In this document: one piece after another, positions 44,001-51,900 of the stretch | How positions within the stretch are numbered: position 1 is the stretch's first letter | Layout: each line of letters begins with the position of its first letter | Sequence record: PZ000615.1 | Strand: one strand, 5' to 3' | DNA: 51,960 nucleotides | Origin: a phage | Program-made: the position numbers and the translations under genes | Notes under the pieces: model-generated | What the model was told of the DNA's origin: nothing | Database searches by the model: none | Seen by the model: only the letters and a program-made list of their open reading frames with translations

Positions 44001-44929
44001 CTCAGTACCAGGAAATGAGCGCCAGACTTGGTAAAGCCGAGGGTAGCATTACCAATAACGCAACGGCTATCGTGACGGAGAGAGAGGCAAGGGTTCAGCA
44101 GTACAACCAGCTCAACTCTAAGATCGACGGCAACCAGACATCAACAAATGCAAGCATCGGCAGACTTGACCAGGCAATCACGACGGAAACAAACGCTCGT
44201 GTTAGCCAGTACAACGAGCTTAACGCAAGCATCAAGGGAGTAGATACTAAGGTTGACGGGCAGGTCAAACGACTTGATCAGGCTATTGTTGATGAGCGTA
44301 ACGCGCGAGTGACTTCAATCACTCAAGTTACGGCAACGGCAAACGCGGCGCAGTCTACCGCAAACACTGCAAACGGAAAGGCAGACCAGGCTAACACTAA
44401 AGCAGGACAGGCGCAGACGACAGCTAACCAGGCACAGGCGACGGCAAGCACTAAGCTTGATGCCAACGCAAGCACTAGCGGAGCGGTAAACGCGTCTTAC
44501 ACTGTGAACCTTGGCGTTAAGATGGTTGATGGTAAGCAGGTAAACGCAGGTATGATGATCGACATTACAGGGACTACGGCGGCACCTAAGGGAAGGGTTT
44601 TCTTTAACGTTGATCAGTTTGGTGTTGGTAAAATTGCTGGCGGTAAGATTATCGCAATGCCGTTCTTTATGGAAGGTAACGCGGTATACATGCAAGCTGC
44701 ATTTATCAAGAACGGTACAATCGACAACGCCAAGATCGGGAGCTTTATCCAGTCAAACAACTACGTAGCAAACTCTGCTGGTTGGCGGCTTGATAAGAAC
44801 GGGACGTTTGTTAACTTTGGCTCTACTGCTAACGAAGGGTCAATGAAGCAGGATAACCAAACGATCACCGTAAGGGACAGGAACGCAAGGGTAAGAGTTC
44901 AGATTGGACGCATTACCGGAGTGTGGTAA
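41027..44929 (+). CDS. Central tail fibre / host specificity protein (lambda gpJ-like)
   Basis: 1300-aa ORF after I-like gene; C-terminal region with repeated coiled-coil units. Confidence 0.8.
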   Translation: MAKIISARKGGGSKPHQPREMDDNLISRDKIKILLALSDGEVDEGFTLKDLLFDDVPVVAADGTENYQNVRAEFRYGTQEQSYIPGFTESNNEITVQRDVSTETPYVISVTNQVLSAIRIRMMTDRIAHTKDNGDTVGAKVEYRFDMAINGGAYEEVTRTVFDGKNTSGYDRSIRINLPESYQQVLIRVVRLTPDDSSDRTQSKFRVQSYSEVIDAKFRYPLTALLFVEFDSDLFPNQLPTISVKKKWKKIQVPVNYDPVSRTYSGTWNGMFKTAWSNNPAWVLYDLIMNQRYGLDQKELGIDVDKWSLYEVAQYCDQMVPDGHGGQEPRYLCDMVVQSQVEAYRLIRDVCSIFRGMSFYNGESLSIVIDKPRDPVYLFTNDNVVDGAFARVFASEKSMYTSVNVMFDDRENMFNQDVEPVFDNEASRRFGNNPTDITAIGCTRRSEANRRGRWIIKTNLRSTTVNFATGLEGMIPMIGDVIAVSDNHWQHNIMYNLSGRLMEVSGVQVFTSFRVDARPGDFIIVNRPDGKPQKRTISRVSSDGKTITLNVGFGFAVQPDAVFAIERSDLTFEQYVVTKIEKGDGDEEFVHRITAIEYDPTKYDAIDYGVVIDQRPTSIVDPDHLKAPEGIKISSFSRVVQGMSIETMVVNWNKVQYANRYEMQWRKDNGNWNNTPQTAATEIDVEGIYAGVYEVRVRAVSAAGNVSPWSEIEVKSLTGKTGKPNKPINLTATDGEVFGIRVKWGMPEGSGDTAYVELQQAPDDNAGGYLPEAATLVSMVPYPQHEYWHSVLPSGFINWYRVRSVDKIGNVSDWTDFVRGMATDDVDKIGEVVKIEFEETEGFKELKKTVEELVGQLDEQSEELKETGDTMKDYGAKLRAQAEADIENALANNTDVIRMTKENGKRKAEFRFAVNLVATESEARAEAITKLSAQFDEDIGAAVTRMDQAIAKEGEARAKAIADLKAQIDDEVVAQITTVQEALAKETETRVTQYQEMSARLGKAEGSITNNATAIVTEREARVQQYNQLNSKIDGNQTSTNASIGRLDQAITTETNARVSQYNELNASIKGVDTKVDGQVKRLDQAIVDERNARVTSITQVTATANAAQSTANTANGKADQANTKAGQAQTTANQAQATASTKLDANASTSGAVNASYTVNLGVKMVDGKQVNAGMMIDITGTTAAPKGRVFFNVDQFGVGKIAGGKIIAMPFFMEGNAVYMQAAFIKNGTIDNAKIGSFIQSNNYVANSAGWRLDKNGTFVNFGSTANEGSMKQDNQTITVRDRNARVRVQIGRITGVW

Positions 44930-44935
44930 AGTATT

Positions 44936-44964
44936 GGGACTGCTAAGGCAGTCCCTTTTTTTTT
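44936..44964 (+). terminator. Rho-independent terminator after J-like gene
   Basis: GGGACTGC-TAAG-GCAGTCCC followed by T9. Confidence 0.7.
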
Positions 44965-44982
44965 ATTAGAGAGGTTTTAACA

Positions 44983-45297
44983 ATGGCTGAATATGGTGTA
45001 GCAACGTGGGACGGGAACGGGAGGCCGAACAACTATGGCATAAAGCCTGTAAGCGTAAGTGGAACTTTGCAGTTATCAAGGGGGCAGAAGTCAGGATCTT
45101 ATTCTGTAGCTGTTCCACCTGGCTGCAAGCTAACATACTTCCAAGTGTCAAATGACGCAAACTACACAACTCAGAGGAGGAAGATAAACATAAATGGTGG
45201 AAATGTGTCTATTACCGGAGTTTCAGATACTGATTATTCCGCAAACACAGAGCCAGCAATAGCGGCTTTTCTTATATTTCAGATAGAGGCTTCTTAA
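44983..45297 (+). CDS. Hypothetical protein (paralogue of next gene)
   Basis: Starts MAEYGV; low-GC segment downstream of J. Confidence 0.45.
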   Translation: MAEYGVATWDGNGRPNNYGIKPVSVSGTLQLSRGQKSGSYSVAVPPGCKLTYFQVSNDANYTTQRRKININGGNVSITGVSDTDYSANTEPAIAAFLIFQIEAS

Positions 45298-45963
45298 ATG
45301 GCTGATTATGGTGTTTTACTATCAACAACAAGCGGCGGAGTGTGGGTTACTCCAGAAAGCACACCCATAGCATTACAGGCGAAGAAAACCGCCAATTTAC
45401 AGGCAACTTCAGGATTTAACGTAAAAATATCCCACACCTTTCCAGCGGGGAAACCAGTAATACCTTTCGTTCATGTTACTGCTGAGTGCGAGATAACTTC
45501 ATCAATAAGTGGCAATGTTATAACAATTGATTTCCTTAGACCTACAGCAAATGGTGTTGCTGAGGTTTACTTCTTTAGTATATTCCCCCAAACCAAACCT
45601 CAATACGGTTTAGCTGTTTGGGATGCGGCTGGTGTTTTGGTTCTAACAAATGAAACCAAAACGCTTACAGACGTTGAGCGGATTGGCGCGCCAGGATCGG
45701 AAAGTTCAGGTTACAACATAAATGTGACAAGATCCGGAAAGTGGGCTTGCATACCTGGAATGCTTGGATTGATAACAGGAGTAATATCAACTGGTATGCC
45801 AAGGCCTTACCAGGCAATATACAAAACAATAGCCTTAAGGGAGGGGGCTAACACAAGGATAAAAGCGAGACCCCAATCAGCCCCAGGAGGTCCGATCCAA
45901 AACGTCATGTACAGCAACATGAGAAATTCCATAATGGCAATAAATGTTGCTAACTATGATTAA
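45298..45963 (+). CDS. Hypothetical protein (paralogue of previous gene)
   Basis: Starts MADYGV; low-GC; followed by terminator. Confidence 0.45.
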   Translation: MADYGVLLSTTSGGVWVTPESTPIALQAKKTANLQATSGFNVKISHTFPAGKPVIPFVHVTAECEITSSISGNVITIDFLRPTANGVAEVYFFSIFPQTKPQYGLAVWDAAGVLVLTNETKTLTDVERIGAPGSESSGYNINVTRSGKWACIPGMLGLITGVISTGMPRPYQAIYKTIALREGANTRIKARPQSAPGGPIQNVMYSNMRNSIMAINVANYD

Positions 45964-45985
45964 GCGCCTGCGGGCGCTTTTTTTG
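45964..45985 (+). terminator. Rho-independent terminator
   Basis: GCGCC-TGC-GGGCGC followed by T7. Confidence 0.55.
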
Positions 45986-46010
45986 TTTCTTACTCAATGG
46001 TACAATAGCG

Positions 46011-46029
46011 TTTAGCAAAAAGTGCTATT
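46011..46029 (+). promoter_or_regulatory. Inverted copy of palindromic element upstream of tail fibre gene
   Basis: TTTAGCAAAAAGTGCTATT (reverse complement of AATAGCACTTTTTGCTAAA) embedded in larger inverted repeat AATAGCG...GCTATT; between terminator 45964-45985 and tail fibre start. Confidence 0.3.
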
Positions 46030-46049
46030 CATAACATGAGGGCTTGACA

Positions 46050-48029
46050 ATGGCAATTTATAGAAAAGGTGAGGCATCACTCGCGGCAGACGGTACTGTT
46101 ACCGGATACGGTACGAACTGGAAAGATCAGCTTGCTCTGGTTCGAATCGGCGCGACCGTCGTATTCCTGACTGGTAACGCAATTAGCGCTATCGGGACGG
46201 TATCGGCTATCGTGTCTGAAACTCAACTTCAAACCATTCAGACTGACGGCGCTGTCGTTGCCCGTGGTAAGTATTTCATCCTACTGCATGACTCGCTGAC
46301 GGTTGACGGCCTGGCGCAAAACGTTGCTGAGACACTCCGTTATTATCAGTCACAAGAAACTGAGATTGCTGACGCGGTTGATTATTTCAGAACTTTCGAC
46401 TGGGAGAAGTTTGAGAAGATCGCGACATCGGTTAAGACCAGCGCGGCGGCTGCTAAGGTTTCAGAAACCAACGCCAAAACATCAGAGACGAACGCCAAGG
46501 CTAGCGAGAATGCGTCACTGCAAAGCAAGAACTCGGCGGCAGGTTCAGCTACGGCAGCAAAAACCAGTGAGACTAACGCAAAGACGTCTGAGACTCGCTC
46601 AAAGACTTCAGAGACTAACTCTGCTGCATCGGCTGTAACGGCAACCAACGAGGCAGACCGAGCCAAGCGTGAAGCTGATCGCGCTGCGGCGGCTAACCCT
46701 GACAACGCGTTACTGAAAGCGAATAACCTGAGTGACGTTCCGGATAAGGCGGCTGCAAGGGCTAACCTTCAAATCGATAGATTTAACCAAGACTCAACAA
46801 CTGAGACAAGGATTCTGTCTGGTGATAAGTCTCAGGCTATGATTGTGTCAACTGGTTCCACGTGGGGAGTGTACAGGTTTGGATCTGGTTGGGTTCCTCT
46901 AGAGATTGCTCAGGGCGGAACCGGAGCAAGCAATGCAGAAGGGGCAAGGAAGAGCTTGCAGTTAAGTGGTGATGACTACGTCAACTTTAATGGATTATCT
47001 TTGAAAAACCAGTTAACGATGAGTAGCAACGGGCAGCCAATTTCACCAACGCTGCTTACAAGGGTGTTTGATGCAAGTGGAAGCAACCTTCTCGGTTCTG
47101 CTGAATTGAGAGCTAACTCAAATGGTAACGTAGAACTCGTTAATAGGATTTCTGGATCGCCAAGGGCGCTGGCGCTATTCCCTGATGGTTCTGTTGCTTT
47201 TTCATCGTTTAATGGCAGATTCATAAGTCAAGGCATGGGTCTTGGGGTCGGTCGAGATATTTCTACTGGTTACGTACTCAATGCAATGAAGGATGTCATC
47301 AACAACGGAGAAACTCAGGCGTTCAGGGTTACTGGGACTGGTGGCATGGTTATTGGTGGAGTTAACTTCCAATATGCACCTTCAATGTCATTCCATTCTG
47401 GAGATGTAGTAGGGGCTTTGTGGGTTGACTACAGGACTGGTAACGCAATGACTGTTTCCGGAACAAGGTCATCTATACTTGGTAACACGACTCCAAATCA
47501 GAACGTGTTATGGGGTACTGCTAACACAACTGTTGACGCTAACGGATTTTTGAAAAGGGCATCACCAATAGTCAAGATTATGAGTAATTCATTTGAGACT
47601 AATGAAGAGTCCGAGGGCGTTTTAGTAACAAGGGTTGGAGTTGGTGAATATCTTGTTTCGGGATGTCTTGGGCTTCATTCAGATCTTGCGTGGGGTGGCG
47701 TAGATGGAGGATTTGAAGTTCCAAAAGACAGGAATGGACAGAACAAGATATGGGTTGACTATGACATGAAAGAGGATGGTTCAATTCTGGTTAAAACCTA
47801 CCACAGGGAGTATAAAGACGTTCCTGAGTTCGCCAAAAACAAGAAGGATGGTTTTGAGGATGGTCAGCCTATTGATATCCCATATGACTCATTCTTAAGC
47901 ATTCGAGTTGAAATGCCGGAGGACAGCGCATACAACAAGAGAATTAGGGAGGCCGAATCAGATGTAAGAAGCAACGCAAACAGGGAATGGTGGAGTAAAA
48001 TACACGAAACTGGTTGCGAGGAGGAATAA
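46050..48029 (+). CDS. Tail fibre protein
   Basis: ATG 46050; N-terminal repeated KTSETNAK / Ala-Ser-Thr-rich collar motif typical of phage tail fibres; divergent C-terminal domain. Confidence 0.7.
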   Translation: MAIYRKGEASLAADGTVTGYGTNWKDQLALVRIGATVVFLTGNAISAIGTVSAIVSETQLQTIQTDGAVVARGKYFILLHDSLTVDGLAQNVAETLRYYQSQETEIADAVDYFRTFDWEKFEKIATSVKTSAAAAKVSETNAKTSETNAKASENASLQSKNSAAGSATAAKTSETNAKTSETRSKTSETNSAASAVTATNEADRAKREADRAAAANPDNALLKANNLSDVPDKAAARANLQIDRFNQDSTTETRILSGDKSQAMIVSTGSTWGVYRFGSGWVPLEIAQGGTGASNAEGARKSLQLSGDDYVNFNGLSLKNQLTMSSNGQPISPTLLTRVFDASGSNLLGSAELRANSNGNVELVNRISGSPRALALFPDGSVAFSSFNGRFISQGMGLGVGRDISTGYVLNAMKDVINNGETQAFRVTGTGGMVIGGVNFQYAPSMSFHSGDVVGALWVDYRTGNAMTVSGTRSSILGNTTPNQNVLWGTANTTVDANGFLKRASPIVKIMSNSFETNEESEGVLVTRVGVGEYLVSGCLGLHSDLAWGGVDGGFEVPKDRNGQNKIWVDYDMKEDGSILVKTYHREYKDVPEFAKNKKDGFEDGQPIDIPYDSFLSIRVEMPEDSAYNKRIREAESDVRSNANREWWSKIHETGCEEE

Positions 48030-48059
48030 AAAAAGGAGCCGTAAGGCTCCTTTTCTTTT
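48027..48059. terminator. Bidirectional terminator between convergent tail fibre and ssb genes
   Basis: A-run, GGAGCC-GTAA-GGCTCC, T-run; same stem sequence as terminator at 8382. Confidence 0.6.
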
Positions 48060-48061
48060 GC

Positions 48062-48502
48062 TTAGAATGGAATATCGTCGTCGAAATCCATCGGTGGGCT
48101 GTTTTGTGGTTTATTGCTTTGCTGCTGTTGTTGTCGTGGCTGTTGATTTCCTTTTGGCTGCTGAGGCTCACCCCATGCGCCTTGTTGCTGCTGCTGAGAT
48201 CGCTGGCTGTAGATTAGTTGAGCAAATCCGGCTGGCTGCAACGTTACGTAGGTTGTTCCGTTGTGCTCGCGAATGACTGGCTTGAGCTGATCGCACTGCA
48301 CAGAGATTGTTTTTCCTAGCTGGAACGCATCGCGATACCAGTTCATCAGGCCGTCTGTTTTCGCGTTGAAAAAGAACGTGTAGTTAGTATACTCTCGCGT
48401 CCCTTCACGGTTCTTGTACGACTCGCTAAGCTCAATGATGAATGTCGTTTCGTTGTGGATGCGCGGCTCTTTGCGGATCTCTCCGGTGATAATATGAGGC
48501 AT
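48062..48502 (-). CDS. ssb: Single-stranded DNA-binding protein
   Basis: OB-fold-sized N-terminus, Gln/Pro-rich linker, acidic C-terminal tail DFDDDIPF. Confidence 0.8.
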   Translation of the reverse strand: MPHIITGEIRKEPRIHNETTFIIELSESYKNREGTREYTNYTFFFNAKTDGLMNWYRDAFQLGKTISVQCDQLKPVIREHNGTTYVTLQPAGFAQLIYSQRSQQQQQGAWGEPQQPKGNQQPRQQQQQSNKPQNSPPMDFDDDIPF

Positions 48503-48546
48503 GGTTAACTCCTGATTGGTTGGCGGGTTTCCCCGCCTGTTTTGAT

Positions 48547-49218
48547 TTAGTCGAAGCTCTCAATATCTTGAGGCTCTGGCTGTTTTTTTGATTCAGGTTC
48601 GGATTTTACAGCATCCTTAACCTTGTTTACAGCTTTCTTTTGAACGGCTGTAAATCCACCTGCTGATCCGACAGTTAGAGCTGCCTTGCGTTTCTCATAG
48701 CGTTCCTGGATGATTGGCTTATCAACAGGGCTTGAAGCGCTCCAGGCTTTACCAAACTGCTCAGTCAACTCATCCATACTCTCACACTTGTCGAGTCGCT
48801 TGTTCCAGTCCTTGGCGCTCATCACTGCAATTTGCGCGTCATCGTCTGCCTGAGATAAACCAAGCGCAGCAACCAGGCCGTAACGACGGGCGTATGTGAA
48901 AGCAGATCCCATTCCCTGAGGGTCAGCCTTTACTACAGGGAGAACAGCCAAGTAAGAGATGAACTGACCTGATACGTGTCGTATGGTGGTTATTACGCGA
49001 ATCTCTTTGCTGTTGCTCTCTTCAGACATTGACTGCTCAATCATCAGCATCTCGCTTTCAAGCGGAGGAGTCACAGTGTCAAGAACGCTGTCAAGAGTAG
49101 CATATTTACCCTTACCAGCTCCGCCGTTAACCTTGTCTTTCAGAACCTTTACGAACTTCTGTCGCGCTCGAAAGATCGCAGGGAAAAGTTCAGTTGTAAC
49201 GTTTGATTGCATTTTCAT
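48547..49218 (-). CDS. erf: Erf-family single-strand annealing protein
   Basis: Segment GMGSAFTYARRYGLVAALGL typical of Erf family; adjacent to SSB and exonuclease. Confidence 0.6.
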   Translation of the reverse strand: MKMQSNVTTELFPAIFRARQKFVKVLKDKVNGGAGKGKYATLDSVLDTVTPPLESEMLMIEQSMSEESNSKEIRVITTIRHVSGQFISYLAVLPVVKADPQGMGSAFTYARRYGLVAALGLSQADDDAQIAVMSAKDWNKRLDKCESMDELTEQFGKAWSASSPVDKPIIQERYEKRKAALTVGSAGGFTAVQKKAVNKVKDAVKSEPESKKQPEPQDIESFD

Positions 49219-49275
49219 TATTCATGCCTTTTGTGTTTTGTAGGGTGGCAGTATATCACCGCCACCGATTAAATG

Positions 49276-50325
49276 CTATTGGTTATCTTGAGAGAAAAGC
49301 TCTTTGAATTGGTACTTCACAAACTCCGGAGTAGGGAGTTCAACTTCATCGGCGTTATTCTCATAACTAGGCCAAACGTCATTTTTTACGCACTCAGCAA
49401 ACACGTGAATGACGCTGGTGTACTGCTGACGACCAATCGTTAACTGAGCGTGGTTCATAGTGAAACCGAGTGGCAGGAAAGGCATTTTCTTTTCCTGAGC
49501 CAGGAACCGGATAACGATAGGTCGAGTCTCCTCAAACGCCGCCTTGAACAGATCCCGTTGCAATGCCATTTTCAGGTAATAGCCAAGGTTAAACGCATGG
49601 CGAGCAAATTCAGAAGGCTTAACACTCTGAGTGGTCTTGTAGTCAGTAATAACCACAATCTCCGGATGAATCTCAGGATCGTAACCGTATCGACGGATTA
49701 TGTCTGGGTCTGTGATCGTGTCGACGTGATCGAGTCTAACCTTAACCTTAACCCCGAAAATGGTTCCGAAGATTGAAATCTCACGCAATGCTGTTTTGCT
49801 GTTGATGGTTGCAGCGTGGCGCGGGATGTTCAGTAACGTCTGACGCATGTATTTGCAAGAGTCATAATCCTCAGCCTTAACGAGTTCCTTACCCTCACTT
49901 TTCGCGTTCCACTCCGCGAGCATATCCTCAAGCCACAGAACGTTTACATCAATTTCGTTCTTTGCCGCCATAACCAGCAACTCAGGATATCCCTTACCGC
50001 TAGTACCAATCAGGCCACACGCCTTTAGCTTTGACGCCAGGGCTGTTTGACTCGTGATGCAGTCTTTCAGCTCTCCAGCCATAACACCGCGAGCGTACAA
50101 GCTTTCAAACTTCTCGACCTCAAGCATCATCGTATGTGACTGAGTACCGAAAGCCAAAGCTTGAGTTTCAACTCGCTCCTTGAATTTCCAACTCGCTGGT
50201 GACTTCTCGTGAATCTCTGCGAGAGATGATCCTGATACATACTCAGAAACCCAAGTATCCTCAGCGTGATACTCATCGTTTGACATCTCCTCGTTGAGGA
50301 AATACTGAAAGCGTGGCTGTTCCAT
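49276..50325 (-). CDS. PD-(D/E)xK-type exonuclease (recombination exonuclease)
   Basis: Track ORF 49276..50388 starts at TTG; ATG at 50325 after CAGGAG; motifs RLDHVD and VITDYKT (D...D/ExK). Confidence 0.55.
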   Translation of the reverse strand: MEQPRFQYFLNEEMSNDEYHAEDTWVSEYVSGSSLAEIHEKSPASWKFKERVETQALAFGTQSHTMMLEVEKFESLYARGVMAGELKDCITSQTALASKLKACGLIGTSGKGYPELLVMAAKNEIDVNVLWLEDMLAEWNAKSEGKELVKAEDYDSCKYMRQTLLNIPRHAATINSKTALREISIFGTIFGVKVKVRLDHVDTITDPDIIRRYGYDPEIHPEIVVITDYKTTQSVKPSEFARHAFNLGYYLKMALQRDLFKAAFEETRPIVIRFLAQEKKMPFLPLGFTMNHAQLTIGRQQYTSVIHVFAECVKNDVWPSYENNADEVELPTPEFVKYQFKELFSQDNQ

Positions 50326-50355
50326 ATCTGACTCCTGTTCGTTTGTGTGTTGTGG

Positions 50356-50399
50356 AGTATACCCGATCTCATTCGTTGCGTTTAGCAAAAAGTGCTAAT
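50356..50399 (-). promoter_or_regulatory. Promoter-like cassette (minus orientation) upstream of exonuclease-erf-ssb operon
   Basis: Minus strand AATTAGCACTTTTTGCTAAA then TATACT ~21 nt downstream, then CAGGAG SD and ATG 50325. Confidence 0.4.
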
Positions 50400-50407
50400 T
50401 TTCACTC

Positions 50408-50860
50408 AACGGAGGATTGCGGAAATTTACGGAGGATTTGAAATCTGGCTCTAAGCCTTGCCACTACTGGATTTGTCGACAATCTACGCCGGAAAATGTC
50501 GATTTTCTCGCTCTATAGACACCAAAAACGCAGAAAACAGGCACAAAAAAAGATCCAATAACCCAATAATCAACATAATCCTCCGTAAATAAATAATATA
50601 CATCACATAGATAATGATAATATCTATATATATTAGACACTTACGTATATCTAAAGGTTGAAAATAGCTCATTATTTGAACGAAATTCGCGGAGGATTGA
50701 TCCGGCGTAAATTCCGCAAATTCTGTAAGTAACTGATTTTGTTGAATGCAATTGCGGAGGATTTTTTCGTGAATCTCCCGTAAATCGGCCTTGTTTAAGT
50801 TTGTTAAATCTTTTTCCGGAGGATTGCGGAGGATTGCGGAGGGTTTGCGGAGGATTTTTC
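50408..50860. repeat. Iteron/AT-rich non-coding region B, paralogous to region A
   Basis: CGGAGGATT copies at 50410-50440, 50575-50588 (inverted), 50688-50700, 50750-50765, four tandem copies 50816-50856; AT-rich core 50580-50660; shares TACGCCGGAAAATGTCGATTT and ATAACCCAATAATCAACATAATCCTCCGTAAA with region A. Confidence 0.6.
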
Positions 50861-50887
50861 CGGCGTAAAAAAACCCGCCGAAGCGGG

Positions 50888-51829
50888 TTAGTTTTTGCGG
50901 TTGATTAGGACTATCGGATCGTAAAGTGCTCGCTTGCAACCGGATTTGAATCCTGAGCGGTCATCATTTGGAATGATAACTTTCAACTCCCTGTCATCTG
51001 CCATGTATAGAGTATCAAGATCGCCTGACGCACAAGCCACTCTAAGCTCACGCTCTCCGGTATACCTGTATGCGACAATCTCAAGGTTGCTAGGCTCAAT
51101 GCACGCCCAACACTCTTGGCCTGTAGCCTCATGAACTCGGACGGCATCAAACCACGAATTAACAAGGTATATGGCTTTGTCTGTCGATCCTACCTTTATG
51201 ACTGCTCCTCTCGTGTAGTCTCTGGCATAGAACCGCTCATCGCCAAGCTCATCTATAAATAGAAGGTTGCAGTATTCATCATCAAGATCATCTCCCTGCA
51301 CGAGCTGCATCGGGAGTACGTGAAAAACGCTCTCAGCTCCATTCTCAAGGGTTTTCACGCCTACATCGAATGATTCACCTATTAGCCCCTCAAACATCGT
51401 CAGAGGCGTCTGCGCTCGCTTCTCAGTCCTATCCAGAACCGCCTGGCATTTGTCATGCTCGGCAGTAGCTCCAAAGCTGTAGCCTGGGTCTTTCGCGGCT
51501 CTCTTGTTCTGCTTGATTACATATTCCTGAGGAACCTTGCCGAGGAATCTACCGAGGATGTTAATGCATTCACTGTAAGGCTCGCCGGACAACTTCATAA
51601 GCCAGCCAATCCCTTTGTCAGCTCCGCAATTGTTGCAATAAGCCCAACCGTCACCGACCTTGTTGTCCTTTTTGTTTGTCCAACGAAATCTATCCTTACC
51701 GCCACAGTGAGGGCAGTCCTGATGCTTGCCGTTGAAGTATTTCGAGTTCAGGCCGCAAATGCTTTGGAGCGCGTCTTGCCACATGTTAGCCATGTATGGG
51801 ATCACGTCCTCCTCCTGGTACATCATCAT
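50888..51829 (-). CDS. DNA primase (zinc-ribbon + TOPRIM-like)
   Basis: N-terminal CPHCGG...RFRW...CNNCG zinc ribbon; C-terminal acidic motifs GDLDTLY and IIPNDDRSG. Confidence 0.55.
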   Translation of the reverse strand: MMMYQEEDVIPYMANMWQDALQSICGLNSKYFNGKHQDCPHCGGKDRFRWTNKKDNKVGDGWAYCNNCGADKGIGWLMKLSGEPYSECINILGRFLGKVPQEYVIKQNKRAAKDPGYSFGATAEHDKCQAVLDRTEKRAQTPLTMFEGLIGESFDVGVKTLENGAESVFHVLPMQLVQGDDLDDEYCNLLFIDELGDERFYARDYTRGAVIKVGSTDKAIYLVNSWFDAVRVHEATGQECWACIEPSNLEIVAYRYTGERELRVACASGDLDTLYMADDRELKVIIPNDDRSGFKSGCKRALYDPIVLINRKN

Positions 51830-51854
51830 TTTTCAATTCTCCAAAATAGAAACG

Positions 51855-51900
51855 GGCGCGATCATAATAACCGCGCCCGTGTGGGATTGTTTAGCTTTTA
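51855..51900 (-). promoter_or_regulatory. Promoter-like cassette (minus orientation, variant) upstream of primase
   Basis: Minus strand AATAAGCACTAAAAGCTAAA; hairpin GGGCGCGG...CGCGCCC in spacer; TATTAT; GGAGA SD. Confidence 0.35.

Noticed and set aside
46303-46705. Alternative-frame ORFs 46303..46638 (+) and 46382..46705 (-) inside the tail fibre gene
   Set aside because: Generated by the Ala/Ser/Thr codon repeats of the real tail fibre frame; low-complexity Arg- or Ala-rich translations.
14880-50880. Regions A and B as an assembly-duplicated terminal repeat
   Set aside because: They share blocks but differ in sequence and length and have different flanks, so they are distinct paralogous loci, not one sequence counted twice.
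50484-50939. Minus-strand ORF (151 aa) in the ORF track
   Set aside because: Lies entirely within iteron/AT-rich region B, has no Shine-Dalgarno and low-complexity translation; most likely non-coding.
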